DNA of 64,000 nt from an uncultured Eubacteriales bacterium (GCA_900551325.1 URVM01000006.1:81744-145743), one strand, 5' to 3'; shown: positions 35,421 to 45,903, counted from the first letter of the stretch. Translations and numbers: made by a program. The notes: a model not told the origin generated them from the sequence alone.

Positions 35421-36785
35421 TTATTGTATCACTTTAAATTTAGTTTCTAAGTGAATGCCTGCTTTTGACTTGATTTTTTCAGCTTGAACTTTTACTTTTT
35501 CTATAAGTTCTTGTTCATCTAATACCATAATCTGGCGTTCTTTCATAAGCCATTTTCCATCACAGATTGTAGAATCTACATTTTGGCTGCTCATAGCGTA
35601 GACAATGTTACCAATTGGGTTATGAAGTGGCAAGCTGTGTAAATCATTTGGATTAAGGATAATCATATCTGCTTTTTTACCTACTTCTAGGCTTCCAATT
35701 TGGTCTTCCATAAGGGCACATTTAGCACCATTTAGAGTTGCCATCTCAAGTATTTGCTCTGCGTAGAGTACTTCTGGATTTAGGGTACGGCCTTTGTGGA
35801 TGAGGGAAGTAAGGTACATATCGCGCATCATATCCATACGGTTGTTAGATGGGGCACCATCTGTTCCAATAGATACAGGAATGCCTTTGTGAAGCATTTC
35901 AGGAATAGATGCAAAGCCAAGTACAACTTTCATAGCAGCGCCTGGGTTGTGAGATACTTTTACATCATGAAGTCTAAATAAATCTAGTTCACGATTTGTA
36001 AGCCATACAGTATGAACAGCTAGTAAGTTAGGACCTAAAATGCCTAAGCTGTTGAGGTGTTCTACAGTAGATAATCCTTGGCGTGTTTTAGCAAAGTCGA
36101 TTTCATCTGGAATTTCAGCAATATGCATGTGAATACCAGTATTATACTGATCTGCAAGGGCTTTTGTTTTGGTAATTAATTCGTCTGAGTTGTTAAAGAT
36201 TGTACGAAGGCCAAACCAAATTTTGACACGTTCATTATAAGTATTGTTGTACTTTTCGAAGAGTTCTACTTGTGCTTGAAGCTCTTCATCACAAGTTTTT
36301 TGCCAAGGTTTTGGAAGGCCTTCTCCGTTATCCATAACGGATTTAGTAAGACAAGCACGAAGACCAGTTTGGCCAACGGCTTCTACCATGGCATCTACGT
36401 ATTGACCACCTGCTTCTAGGAAAGTAGTTACACCAGATTTGATCATTTCAATACAGCAAGCTGTAGAGGAGATGAGAGAATCTTCATAGTCAAAGCTACT
36501 TTCATAAGGCCAAACCCTTTCTCTAAGCCATGTGAGAAGAGTCACATCATCAGCAATACCGCGGCCAAGCTGTTGAGATAGGTGAACGTGAGTATTTACA
36601 AAGCCTGGCATAAGGATTTTGCCAGCAGCATCATAGATTTCACAGTCTGCATGAAGGAGAGATTCATCTACTTTCCCAACCGCTTTAATCATATTGTCTT
36701 CTATAAGAATACTACCATTTGCATACACTTCACGTTCTTTATTCATAGTAATTAAATAACAGTTTTTTATATATAATTGACTCAT
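35421..36785 (-). CDS. amidohydrolase-superfamily deaminase (MtaD / guanine-deaminase / chlorohydrolase-like)
   Basis: The HxH metal motif FVNTHVHLSQ, HMHIAE and TDGAPSNN are typical of nucleobase/nucleoside deaminases. Confidence 0.75.
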   Translation of the reverse strand: MSQLYIKNCYLITMNKEREVYANGSILIEDNMIKAVGKVDESLLHADCEIYDAAGKILMPGFVNTHVHLSQQLGRGIADDVTLLTWLRERVWPYESSFDYEDSLISSTACCIEMIKSGVTTFLEAGGQYVDAMVEAVGQTGLRACLTKSVMDNGEGLPKPWQKTCDEELQAQVELFEKYNNTYNERVKIWFGLRTIFNNSDELITKTKALADQYNTGIHMHIAEIPDEIDFAKTRQGLSTVEHLNSLGILGPNLLAVHTVWLTNRELDLFRLHDVKVSHNPGAAMKVVLGFASIPEMLHKGIPVSIGTDGAPSNNRMDMMRDMYLTSLIHKGRTLNPEVLYAEQILEMATLNGAKCALMEDQIGSLEVGKKADMIILNPNDLHSLPLHNPIGNIVYAMSSQNVDSTICDGKWLMKERQIMVLDEQELIEKVKVQAEKIKSKAGIHLETKFKVIQ

Positions 36786-36799
36786 AGTTACGCTCCTTT

Positions 36800-38089
36800 T
36801 TAACTAAGTACTAAATTTAAGACAGATAAGGCACCGATAATCCAAAGGGTTAAGCTAATTTTATCTGTTTCTTTTACGACAACGTGCATAATGATATAAG
36901 AGATAAAGCCAAAGCATAGACCGATACTAATGCTATATGTAAGAGGCATAAGTAAAACAGTAATAAAGGCACTTACAGCAATTTTACTATCGTTAAAATC
37001 AATTTGACGAATGCTAGAAAACATAAATACACCAACCATTACAAGTGCAGGTGATGCGGCGTAAGTTGGTACCACAGATAAAAGTGGTGTAAATAAAAGA
37101 GTAACTAAAAATAAGAGTGCAGTCACCACAGATGCAAGACCAGTACGTGCACCTGCTGCAATACCAGCTGCTGATTCACCAAAAGTTGTTACTGTACTTG
37201 TCCCAAGTAAAGAACCAATTAATGTGGAAGTTACGTCTGCATAAAGCATTCTAGATAAACCTTTAATGTTACCCTCTTTATCTTCTAGTCCCATTTGCTT
37301 ACAACAACTAATAAGAAAAGCTAATGAGTCAAACATATCAATAAACATAAAAGAGAAAATAGGTCCGATTAAAGAAAATTTAAGAGCACCTAATATATCT
37401 AATTTAAAAGCAATAGGTTCAATGCTTGGTGGTGCAGAAATAATAGCAGATGGAAGTTCCACCAAACCAAGAGTTATAGAAAGGATCGTTGTAATCACAA
37501 TACTGATTAAGATACCACCCTTTACCTTCTTTACTTCAAAGATGCCCATAAGGACAAGTCCTAGTAAAGCAATTAAAACAGTTGGATTAAAATCTGCAAG
37601 GGCTACAAGTGTATCTGGATCACCTACAATAACACCCATTCCTTTAAGACCAACAAAAGATAAAAACAAACCAATACCTGCTGCAGAAGCGATGCTTAGT
37701 TCCTTTGGAATAGCCTCTGCTATATATTTACGTACGCCACTTACGGCTAAAATTAAGAAAATAAGTCCCGAAATAAATACAACCCCTAGTGCTTGGGTCC
37801 AATGAATACCTTCACCAATAACTAGTGAATAAGTAAAGAAAGCATTAAGTCCCATACCAGGTGCTAGTGCAAAAGGCGCATTGGCTAAAAGTGCAAAGAT
37901 TAAAGTACCAATAGCTGTAGCTAAAATAGTAACAGTGATTAAAGCACCTTTATCCATACCTGCATCAGACAAAATGGCTGGATTAACAAAGACAATATAC
38001 GCCATTGTAAGGAAAGTAGTGATCCCGCCAAGTACTTCTGTTTTAATATTCGAGCCACGACTTGTGTAGTTAAAGTATTTGTCCAACAT
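36800..38089 (-). CDS. NCS2/AzgA-family purine (adenine/guanine/hypoxanthine) permease
   Basis: MLDKYFNYTSRGSNIKTEVLGGITTFLTMAYIVFVNP. I placed the start at ATG 38087..38089, which follows GGAGG; the longer track ORF is unlikely. Confidence 0.85.
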   Translation of the reverse strand: MLDKYFNYTSRGSNIKTEVLGGITTFLTMAYIVFVNPAILSDAGMDKGALITVTILATAIGTLIFALLANAPFALAPGMGLNAFFTYSLVIGEGIHWTQALGVVFISGLIFLILAVSGVRKYIAEAIPKELSIASAAGIGLFLSFVGLKGMGVIVGDPDTLVALADFNPTVLIALLGLVLMGIFEVKKVKGGILISIVITTILSITLGLVELPSAIISAPPSIEPIAFKLDILGALKFSLIGPIFSFMFIDMFDSLAFLISCCKQMGLEDKEGNIKGLSRMLYADVTSTLIGSLLGTSTVTTFGESAAGIAAGARTGLASVVTALLFLVTLLFTPLLSVVPTYAASPALVMVGVFMFSSIRQIDFNDSKIAVSAFITVLLMPLTYSISIGLCFGFISYIIMHVVVKETDKISLTLWIIGALSVLNLVLS

Positions 38090-38326
38090 GATATGACCTC
38101 CAAGATGAAAAATTAATAGGGTTAGTATAAAATAAAATAGAACATTTTTCAAGTTTTTTTATTTAATGTTCGGAGTATGTATTATAACCTTTAGGTTTAA
38201 TTATTGTTAGAAAATTTTAGTGAAATATAAAGTGTGAAATAAATTATACGGTTAATTATCATCTTATACAGTATTTATTTTGAGGATTTAGTTATTATGT
38301 TAGGACTGTAAAACATTTTAAAAGTC

Positions 38327-38354
38327 TTGTATTACAAAGAGATAATGCTATACT
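38327..38354 (+). promoter_or_regulatory. promoter of the GH101 operon (TTGTAT-16-TGcTATACT, extended -10)
   Basis: About 60 nt (38326..38385) are conserved with 44398..44457, including the palindrome TTGTA-T-TACAA. Confidence 0.5.
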
Positions 38355-38417
38355 ATAATTGTAGATAAAATTTAGTAAAAATTATACATTACATGGGTTA
38401 AAACTAGGGGGATTGCA

Positions 38418-41400
38418 ATGAAATATGCTGCCGATTTAAGTAAGAAGGATGTTTCGTATTGGATAAAGACAAGTGAAAGTACGGGAGATATTGAAGCTAA
38501 ATTACAAAGAGAATTCAACAGACTATATATGAAAGGGAAGTTATTATGTGTAGATGAGGCTTGCCCAGTATTTGAGAGTTACTTTGTAGATGTTTCTTTA
38601 AGAATCACTAAAAAGGGTCAGCATGTAGGTGTAGTCCTTGCATATAAAGATGACAATCAATGGATTTGGATAGGACATAAGGCGGATGGTAAATGGGGAT
38701 ATAAAGGTGCGAATGGTACAGAAGTCTTTGGGTTTCTAGGACCTACACTAAAAGAAGGTAGAACCTATAATCTCAAAGTAAAATACGACCAACAAGAAAT
38801 CACCCTTTGGGTAAATGGACAACTGATTTTTAAAGAAAACATACAAACAGATTATAGCTGTACTGGAAAAGTAGGGCTTATGTCTTGGCACGAAGAAAAT
38901 CAGATTCTAGTAAATGATCTGTATTGCCAGGAGGTAGAGAAGATAGTCTACACACCACAAGAACCTGTTTTAACTACTATACATTCAGAAAAGATGGTAG
39001 TTGAAATAGATGAGACATTCCCAAGAGTAGTGAGCTATACGCTCAGTCCAAGTGGTGTTCTACTCTATGGTCAAGAAGATGTGTTAAGCCAGATTAAAAT
39101 CAATAGTGATACATATATTCCACAAGTTACATTTAAGAAAGTATCTTCTAATGAAGCTTGCTATAGTTTAAAAGTGCCAGAGATTCAGGTAGAGCTTAGT
39201 ATAGGTATGCAAGTAGTAGGGAATGTCCTAGATTTTAAGGTAACGCATATAGAAGAAACAGGGGATATCCTAGTAAAGACTTTAGAAATTCCTAGTCATA
39301 GTCTGATCTCAGTAAGGTCTAACCAAGATAACCCACAAGTTACAGCTACAAAGTTATGGGGGATTTTGACTGCTACAGATGAATATCATACACTTCATGA
39401 AATGAAAGAGCATGGTATACCAACAGAAAAGACCATGGTATTTATCAATACAGATACAGTAGCTGCCAGCATAGAAAACAATGTCTTATATAAGGAAAAG
39501 AGAGTCCTTTATGAGGCAGTGACAAAAGAAGAGTACAAAAAATGTGGCGTATGGAATGGTGTATGGACTTATAGAGAGATAGATGAAGAAGTTTGTGAAC
39601 TACCTTGGTGCAAAGTAGTGCTTTCAGGGGATGAAAACGGGGATGGTAAAGTAGACTGGCAAGATGCTGCCATTGGGTATAGAAAACATATGGTACTACC
39701 TTTTGGTCATGAGATAGCAAGAAGTCATGTATCACATATAGCTATGGATTTTGCAAGTCTTGCTCAGTATCCTTTCCTTCGTATATTAGACAATATTAAG
39801 AAATACCATCATTATACAGATGGTTTTGGGCAAATGGTTTTAGTGAAAGGGCATGCAGCAGAAGGTCATGATAGTGCCCACCCTGATTATGGCGGACATT
39901 TTAACCAAAGAGCAGGTGGTATAAAGGATTTTAACCAACTAGTAGAAGGTGCCCATGGGTACAATGCAAAGGTTGGTGTACATATTAATGCTACAGAGTA
40001 TCATCCAGAGGCTCATGGATATAACCCTGATATACTCAAGAAAGATGCAGAAGATGGTTGGGCGTGGCTAGATACTTCTCATTATGTAGATAGAAAGAAA
40101 GACATTGTAAGTGGTGAGCTTTATAGAAGATTAGAAGGCTTAAAATCAGATGCACCAGGTCTTGATTGGGTCTATGTAGATGTATATATGGAGAAGAATG
40201 CTTGGAATGAGTATAAATTAGCATCTAAAATCAACGACCTAGGCCTTGCTTTAGGAACAGAGTGGCCAGGGCCTATGGATAAGTGGGTTGTATGGAATCA
40301 CTGGCAAGATATAGGTTACGATACAACAGGTGATGGCTTAACCAGTAAGATTATACGTTTTGTAAGTAATCAAGTAAAAGATGCTTTCCCTCACCATCCA
40401 CTCCTTAAATCCAATGATAATAAAGGCTTTATGGGATGGGAAGGTGACTTACCAAGAGAGAAGGACTTACTTTATGCCATTGAAAAGTTCTTTACTTGGT
40501 CACTACCATGTAAGTATATGCAACACTTCCCTATACAAAGCTGGGCCAAAGACAAGGTACAGTTTGAAGGTGGTGTAAGTGTTATAGGAGAAGGTGAAAT
40601 AGAGGTTATCAAGAAAGTAGCTGATGAAGAAGGAGTCTATAGTAAGCAAAAAGTGAAGATGCCTCAATTTACTAAGCTATACAAAGACGGAAAGCTCATC
40701 TATAGTGGAGAAAATGTACAGCATACCGGTGAGCGCATTCAAGAAAGAAATAATAAGCTTATATCTAATAATAACTTAGTATTTATCCCTTGGAATCCAC
40801 TCACAGAAGAGAAGATTTATCATTGGAATGACTTAGGTGGTACATCTACTTGGGATTTACCTGAAAGCTGGACCAATCTAAAGTGTATCAAACTTTACAA
40901 GCTTACAAGTACAGGAAGAACCTTTGTAAGAGAATTAGAGATAGTAGATGGAAGGGTAACTTTAGCGGTTCTCCCTAAGACACCTTATGTTCTTTATAAG
41001 GAAGAATCAGTAGGTGAAGAGACTCTATGGGGTCAGTATAGCCTGGTGAAAGATATGAGCTTTGATAGTGGCGTATTTGATGTATGGCAAAGATCATCTA
41101 AGAGTTTAGAAGTAGATCATATTCAAATGGTCATGGAAGAGGAAGTTGGTAAAGGTAGAGGTTATAATTATCTACTCATTAAAGGTAGTCAAGGTGCCCA
41201 AGGTATGGTGGAGCAAAAGATAGAAGGGCTTACCCCAGGAAAAACGTACACTGCTTCTGTATGGGTGGAAGTATTTAAGGGAAGAAAAGCTATCCTTGGT
41301 ATTAAGGATTATGGTGGTCCTCATGTAACAAACTATGTAGATGTAACAGATGTACCAAACTATAATGTGAACTCAGAAAAGCATCTCACACATTTCCAAA

Positions 41401-42338
41401 GAATAAAGGTTCAATTTACTATGCCACAAGGTGAGAGTAGCGCCATACTTTATTTAGAGGCAGAAGTAGGAAGGCCTGATAGCTATGTGAAGTTTGATGA
41501 TGTACGACTTGTAGAAACAGAAGCTACATATAAGGACACACACTATTTCCATGAAGACTTTGAACATGTAGATGAAGGATGGGGACCTTTTGTTTATGCC
41601 TATGATGGATTTTGTCAAACTCACCTAAGTGAGAGCAATCTACCTTATACAAAAGATGTTATAGAAGGAAAATTCTCTTTGAAGACAAAAGATGAGGAAT
41701 ATGCAGGAGAAATCTACCGTACTGTACCGGGTCTACTACGATTTGAAAAGGGCAAAAAGTACAAAGTAAGCATGGACTATATGGCATACAATGAATACGG
41801 CAAGACCAAAGACTATCAGTATAAGTTAGTTTTAAGAAGTAAGGAACATGGAGAAGTAGATACACTATCTGAATACAGCTTATTAAGCACAAAGACTAAT
41901 GATACACCAAATGGTCCTGTAGAAGTGGCACATATGGAGTGGACTATAGAAACAGGTGCTTATAAAGAAGCCTACTTAGCAGTGGTTAAGGACAATAAAG
42001 AACAAGGGATACTAGTTATTGATAATCTAATCATTAATGAGTATGAAGGAGACATAGTCCATCCAGAACAACCGACAAGTTACTGTGGTGTACAACCTAT
42101 TGAAGAAGGTATAGTAAAGACAACTATAGGTCGTATACCTAAATTGCCAGAGTTTATAAAGGTAAAGACTTATACAAATGAGGTATTATGTGTTCCTGTA
42201 GTTTGGGAGTATGTATCACCAACCAAGTATAAAGAAGCAGGTACCTTTAATGTAAAGGGCAAGTTGCTAGGAATAAATCAAGAAGTACAGACAAAAGTAG
42301 AAGTGGAAGAAGCAAAGAAAAATCTAGAGTGGATGTAG
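38418..42338 (+). CDS. endo-alpha-N-acetylgalactosaminidase-like glycoside hydrolase (GH101-like), no signal peptide
   Basis: GDGKVDWQDAAIGYRKHM and GHAAEGHDSAHPDYGGHFNQRAGG...VGVHINATE match my recollection of the GH101 catalytic region. A LamG-like N-terminus and CBM-like C-terminal modules are present. Confidence 0.65.
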   Translation: MKYAADLSKKDVSYWIKTSESTGDIEAKLQREFNRLYMKGKLLCVDEACPVFESYFVDVSLRITKKGQHVGVVLAYKDDNQWIWIGHKADGKWGYKGANGTEVFGFLGPTLKEGRTYNLKVKYDQQEITLWVNGQLIFKENIQTDYSCTGKVGLMSWHEENQILVNDLYCQEVEKIVYTPQEPVLTTIHSEKMVVEIDETFPRVVSYTLSPSGVLLYGQEDVLSQIKINSDTYIPQVTFKKVSSNEACYSLKVPEIQVELSIGMQVVGNVLDFKVTHIEETGDILVKTLEIPSHSLISVRSNQDNPQVTATKLWGILTATDEYHTLHEMKEHGIPTEKTMVFINTDTVAASIENNVLYKEKRVLYEAVTKEEYKKCGVWNGVWTYREIDEEVCELPWCKVVLSGDENGDGKVDWQDAAIGYRKHMVLPFGHEIARSHVSHIAMDFASLAQYPFLRILDNIKKYHHYTDGFGQMVLVKGHAAEGHDSAHPDYGGHFNQRAGGIKDFNQLVEGAHGYNAKVGVHINATEYHPEAHGYNPDILKKDAEDGWAWLDTSHYVDRKKDIVSGELYRRLEGLKSDAPGLDWVYVDVYMEKNAWNEYKLASKINDLGLALGTEWPGPMDKWVVWNHWQDIGYDTTGDGLTSKIIRFVSNQVKDAFPHHPLLKSNDNKGFMGWEGDLPREKDLLYAIEKFFTWSLPCKYMQHFPIQSWAKDKVQFEGGVSVIGEGEIEVIKKVADEEGVYSKQKVKMPQFTKLYKDGKLIYSGENVQHTGERIQERNNKLISNNNLVFIPWNPLTEEKIYHWNDLGGTSTWDLPESWTNLKCIKLYKLTSTGRTFVRELEIVDGRVTLAVLPKTPYVLYKEESVGEETLWGQYSLVKDMSFDSGVFDVWQRSSKSLEVDHIQMVMEEEVGKGRGYNYLLIKGSQGAQGMVEQKIEGLTPGKTYTASVWVEVFKGRKAILGIKDYGGPHVTNYVDVTDVPNYNVNSEKHLTHFQRIKVQFTMPQGESSAILYLEAEVGRPDSYVKFDDVRLVETEATYKDTHYFHEDFEHVDEGWGPFVYAYDGFCQTHLSESNLPYTKDVIEGKFSLKTKDEEYAGEIYRTVPGLLRFEKGKKYKVSMDYMAYNEYGKTKDYQYKLVLRSKEHGEVDTLSEYSLLSTKTNDTPNGPVEVAHMEWTIETGAYKEAYLAVVKDNKEQGILVIDNLIINEYEGDIVHPEQPTSYCGVQPIEEGIVKTTIGRIPKLPEFIKVKTYTNEVLCVPVVWEYVSPTKYKEAGTFNVKGKLLGINQEVQTKVEVEEAKKNLEWM

Positions 42339-42379
42339 TAGGTAGGTAAAAGGTTGATAAAAGATAAGGAGTTAAGGCC

Positions 42380-44233
42380 ATGGTAATAAGAGAAGTTGCA
42401 TGTGAAAATACTATATTAAAACTTAATGAAGCATCACTTGGAATAGAGATTGAACAAGATGGTCATGTGTGGCAAACGGACAAAGGATTTGAGCCATACT
42501 TTACTATAGGTGAGACAAAGGTTTATTTTAAAGAGGCAGGGGCTACCGAGCACTTTGAATGGAAAACAGGTGTAGGGACAGGGGTTAGAAGTAAGTTTTC
42601 CAATTTCATAATCCATGATAAAGAAGATACTTTAAGTTTTGAAACCATTGTATGGATTGAATATGCTACAAAGGATATTTATTTTGAGCTCCTTCCTTTA
42701 AAAGAGTCAGAGCATTTGATAGGGGATATTTACTGGCCAGGACAAATGGCGTTTGAAGAAGATAGTGATAAGTGGTACACACTTATTAACTTACTTCAAG
42801 GACTTATGATACCAAATAACTGGAAGTATGAAGTGAAACAATTAGTATTTGATGGACAAATGTGTAGTTCAGCAGCTTATATGCCTTGGTTTGGGCAAGT
42901 AAGAGATAAAGATGGATATATTGCCATTGTGTGCACCCCTTGGGATGCGGCTTATGGGGTAGACCATCCAGCAGACAGTACTTATTGCCATATTGGGGTA
43001 AGATGGCTTCCTAGTATGGGTGCCATAAGTTATAAACGTGTCATGAAGATGGTACTAAGACAAGATTGTGACTACAATGATCTTTGTAAAGTTTATAGAA
43101 GCTATGCTAGGGAAAAAGGCCTTTTAGTAACTCTAAAAGAAAAGGCTGCTAGAAATCCTTTAGTAGATAAATTTATCGGTTCAGCCATTGTGCATACGGG
43201 GATTAAAACACATACTTCACCAGATTCAGCTTACTACGATAAGGAGCATCCAGAAAAAAATGACTATGTAGTGCCTTTTGCAAAAAGAGAAGAACAAATG
43301 AAAAAGCTTAAGGATAAGGGACTTGAGAAAGTATACTTACACCTGGATGGTTGGGGAGATCCAGGCTATGACAACAAACATCCAGACTATTTACCTGCGT
43401 GTATAGAAGCAGGTGGCTGGGAAGGGATGAAGTCTTTATCAGACAGGATGAAGGCACTTGGTTATATGTTTGCTATTCATGATCAGTATAGAGATTACTA
43501 TTTTGATGCAGCTACATATGATGAAAACTTTGCTCTTCATGATGCAGAAGGTAAAAGAATAGAATTTGCTAGATGGGCAGGGGGATGGCAAACTTATATA
43601 TGTGCATCTCAAGCACCATTTTATCTGAAACGCAACTTTACAGAGCTCTTTAATCACGGCATAGAGCTTGAGGGAACCTATCTTGACGTATTTACATGCA
43701 ATGAACTAGATGAGTGTACACACTCATGGCACCAGATGACACGTAAAGAATGTCAAGAATACAGAAAGTCTTGCTTTGATTATTTACTGGCACACGATAT
43801 TTTGCCAAGTTCAGAAGAGGTTATTGATTGGGCTGTTCCAAGTGTTGTGACTGCTCATTATGGTCCTTATGAATTTATGCTTTGGCCAAATAAAGAACCA
43901 AAAGGTATACCGGTTCCACTATTTAACTTGGTATATCATGATTGTGTAGTGCTTCCTTGGCTTATGGACAAAGAAACAAAGTACGGAGACTATATGCTAT
44001 ATGCCCTTCTCAATGGCGGTGCAGCTTATCTTGATATAGAAAAAGAAGGGGAAGCACTAGATGAAGAAATAGAGCGTTACTACACTGTTTCAAAGCTTCA
44101 AGAAAAGGTTGCTAAATGCGAGATGGTCAAACACGAATTTTTAGATTCATCTTATAAAGTACAAAGAACAACCTATAGTGATGGCACACAAGTGACCATT
44201 GATTTAGAAAAAGGAAGTTACAATATTAAGTAG
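42380..44233 (+). CDS. GH101-related (GH129-like) glycoside hydrolase, putative alpha-N-acetylgalactosaminidase
   Basis: YLHLDGWGDPGYDNKHPDYLP...FAIHDQYRDYY parallels the GH101 core motif. About 617 aa and cytoplasmic. Confidence 0.45.
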   Translation: MVIREVACENTILKLNEASLGIEIEQDGHVWQTDKGFEPYFTIGETKVYFKEAGATEHFEWKTGVGTGVRSKFSNFIIHDKEDTLSFETIVWIEYATKDIYFELLPLKESEHLIGDIYWPGQMAFEEDSDKWYTLINLLQGLMIPNNWKYEVKQLVFDGQMCSSAAYMPWFGQVRDKDGYIAIVCTPWDAAYGVDHPADSTYCHIGVRWLPSMGAISYKRVMKMVLRQDCDYNDLCKVYRSYAREKGLLVTLKEKAARNPLVDKFIGSAIVHTGIKTHTSPDSAYYDKEHPEKNDYVVPFAKREEQMKKLKDKGLEKVYLHLDGWGDPGYDNKHPDYLPACIEAGGWEGMKSLSDRMKALGYMFAIHDQYRDYYFDAATYDENFALHDAEGKRIEFARWAGGWQTYICASQAPFYLKRNFTELFNHGIELEGTYLDVFTCNELDECTHSWHQMTRKECQEYRKSCFDYLLAHDILPSSEEVIDWAVPSVVTAHYGPYEFMLWPNKEPKGIPVPLFNLVYHDCVVLPWLMDKETKYGDYMLYALLNGGAAYLDIEKEGEALDEEIERYYTVSKLQEKVAKCEMVKHEFLDSSYKVQRTTYSDGTQVTIDLEKGSYNIK

Positions 44234-44272
44234 AATAAAAGACTCCTAGTTGCCCCTAGGAGTCTTTTATTC
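44234..44272 (+). terminator. intrinsic terminator after the GH129-like gene
   Basis: AATAAAAGACTCCTAG-ttgccc-CTAGGAGTCTTTTATT. Confidence 0.8.
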
Positions 44273-44398
44273 TATAGAAAGAGGAAAGTAAACATTCTAT
44301 TTTAATTTAATTTAGAATGAAAAATATAAGGTTTTTTCAGCTGATTAGACATCTCTTGCAAAGTAGTAATTAACTTTAAAAACTAAATCATATAAGGT

Positions 44399-44426
44399 TT
44401 GTATTACAAAGATATAGTGATATACT
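44399..44426 (+). promoter_or_regulatory. promoter of the SGNH esterase gene (TTGTAT-16-TGaTATACT), a duplicate of the GH101 promoter architecture
   Basis: See 38327..38354. Confidence 0.5.
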
Positions 44427-44502
44427 TTAATTATAAGTAAAATTTAGTAAATAATAGTATTTTAATATAAATTTAAAATCTAAGAAAAGAGGTTTTGTAA
44501 AT

Positions 44503-45903
44503 ATGGGTAATATAATTCAACTTGATACAGCTTGTCCAAATAATACTTGGGTTTTTGCAGCAGGTAAGGTGGCTAATGGAACTAATATATATGGGTATAG
44601 AACTTTTATACGTCATTTTGAAGAGATTATACGTTGGGAAAATAGTGGAGATGATGAGCGTAAATATGGAAAACAGCGCTTTGTAATGAATGTAAGTAAG
44701 GAGACAGATACAGTAGCCAATATACTACATACTTATGATCAGAGCATTAGACCTTTAGGTGTAAAAATGGTTGTCATTATGCCTGGAATTGAGGACTGTA
44801 AAGAGGGAACATCAATAGATTCATTCAAACAAGATTTAGAAGCCTTAATCCTCAAAGTGCTTAGTGAAGACCAAGTGCCAGTAGTGATGACACCCTATGC
44901 TATCTTAGATGTGAAGATGAAAAAAGTACTGGCACCTTATATAGAGGTTATAAGAGAAATAGCAACTACACAGCAAATACATATAGTGGACTTCTATAAA
45001 ACTTGGAGTGATAAAGGAGCAGATTATATTACTTCAAGGTTGGATGAGGACAGTATGCTTCCAAATGAACTAGGACATTTAGATATGGGGAAACAGTTGG
45101 CAAATAGCATAGGACTAAAATTTAGTAGTGAGGGACCTATGAATACTATAGTAACAATGTTTAAAGACTCTAAAGCATATGTAAGTTCTAATAAATCTTG
45201 TCAGATAGAAGACACAACAGGTACCTATACATATATACAAGAACAACTTGTTAGTGATAAGCCAATAACTTGGTTGTTTATGGGTGATAGTATTACCCAT
45301 GGAGCCTTGTGGACATATGGATATGATGATTTTACGGAGCTTTTTGAAAAGCGTTTAAGAAATGAAATAGGACGTACGGGTGATATCATTATTAATACAG
45401 GGGTATCAGGTGCTACAACCCAAGAGTTTCTACAGAATAAGGACTCTAGATGTTTTAGATATGATGCAGATATTGTATTTATTATGTTGGGTATGAATGA
45501 CTGCGTGACACTTTCGGTAGAATTATTTGAGGCTAACTTAAAGGAGATTGTCAAAGAGGTAAGGGAAGTAAATGGGATGCCTATATTAATGACCCCTAAT
45601 GTAGCACCAGGTCGCATACATGTGTTACCTCCTTATATAGAAGCAATCCGTAAAGTAGCTAGGGAAGAAAATGTGATGCTTATTGATCATTTTAAAGAAT
45701 GGGAAGAGAGAGCCACTAACCCTGAAATCTTGGAAAGGTGGGTAAGTGCAGCAGATTCAGTTATGCAGATACATCCTACTTCACTTGGACATTTGACTAT
45801 GACAAAAAGTATATTTAAGGCTGTAGGCATATATGACTTGAAAAGTCCACTGTGTACAATGGAGTATTCAAGTATTTCTATTCCAAACAACAAGGGTGAA
45901 TAA
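44503..45903 (+). CDS. tandem SGNH/GDSL hydrolase-domain protein (possible O-acetylesterase)
   Basis: The second domain has WLFMGDSITHG and GMNDC. The first domain lacks the GDS serine block. Confidence 0.65.
   Translation: MGNIIQLDTACPNNTWVFAAGKVANGTNIYGYRTFIRHFEEIIRWENSGDDERKYGKQRFVMNVSKETDTVANILHTYDQSIRPLGVKMVVIMPGIEDCKEGTSIDSFKQDLEALILKVLSEDQVPVVMTPYAILDVKMKKVLAPYIEVIREIATTQQIHIVDFYKTWSDKGADYITSRLDEDSMLPNELGHLDMGKQLANSIGLKFSSEGPMNTIVTMFKDSKAYVSSNKSCQIEDTTGTYTYIQEQLVSDKPITWLFMGDSITHGALWTYGYDDFTELFEKRLRNEIGRTGDIIINTGVSGATTQEFLQNKDSRCFRYDADIVFIMLGMNDCVTLSVELFEANLKEIVKEVREVNGMPILMTPNVAPGRIHVLPPYIEAIRKVAREENVMLIDHFKEWEERATNPEILERWVSAADSVMQIHPTSLGHLTMTKSIFKAVGIYDLKSPLCTMEYSSISIPNNKGE

Noticed and set aside
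38090-38417. A purine riboswitch might be expected upstream of the purine permease/deaminase operon (minus strand).
   Set aside because: Reading the minus strand, I found no sequence resembling the conserved guanine/adenine riboswitch core (the three-way junction with paired GC-rich P2/P3 loops). The region is almost pure AT and mainly carries the divergent GH101 promoter.
45868-45903. The 36-nt convergent overlap between the SGNH esterase and VanZ genes could be a regulatory antisense arrangement.
   Set aside because: The overlap is short and may simply reflect 3' ends sharing sequence. There is no supporting structure or conservation evidence.
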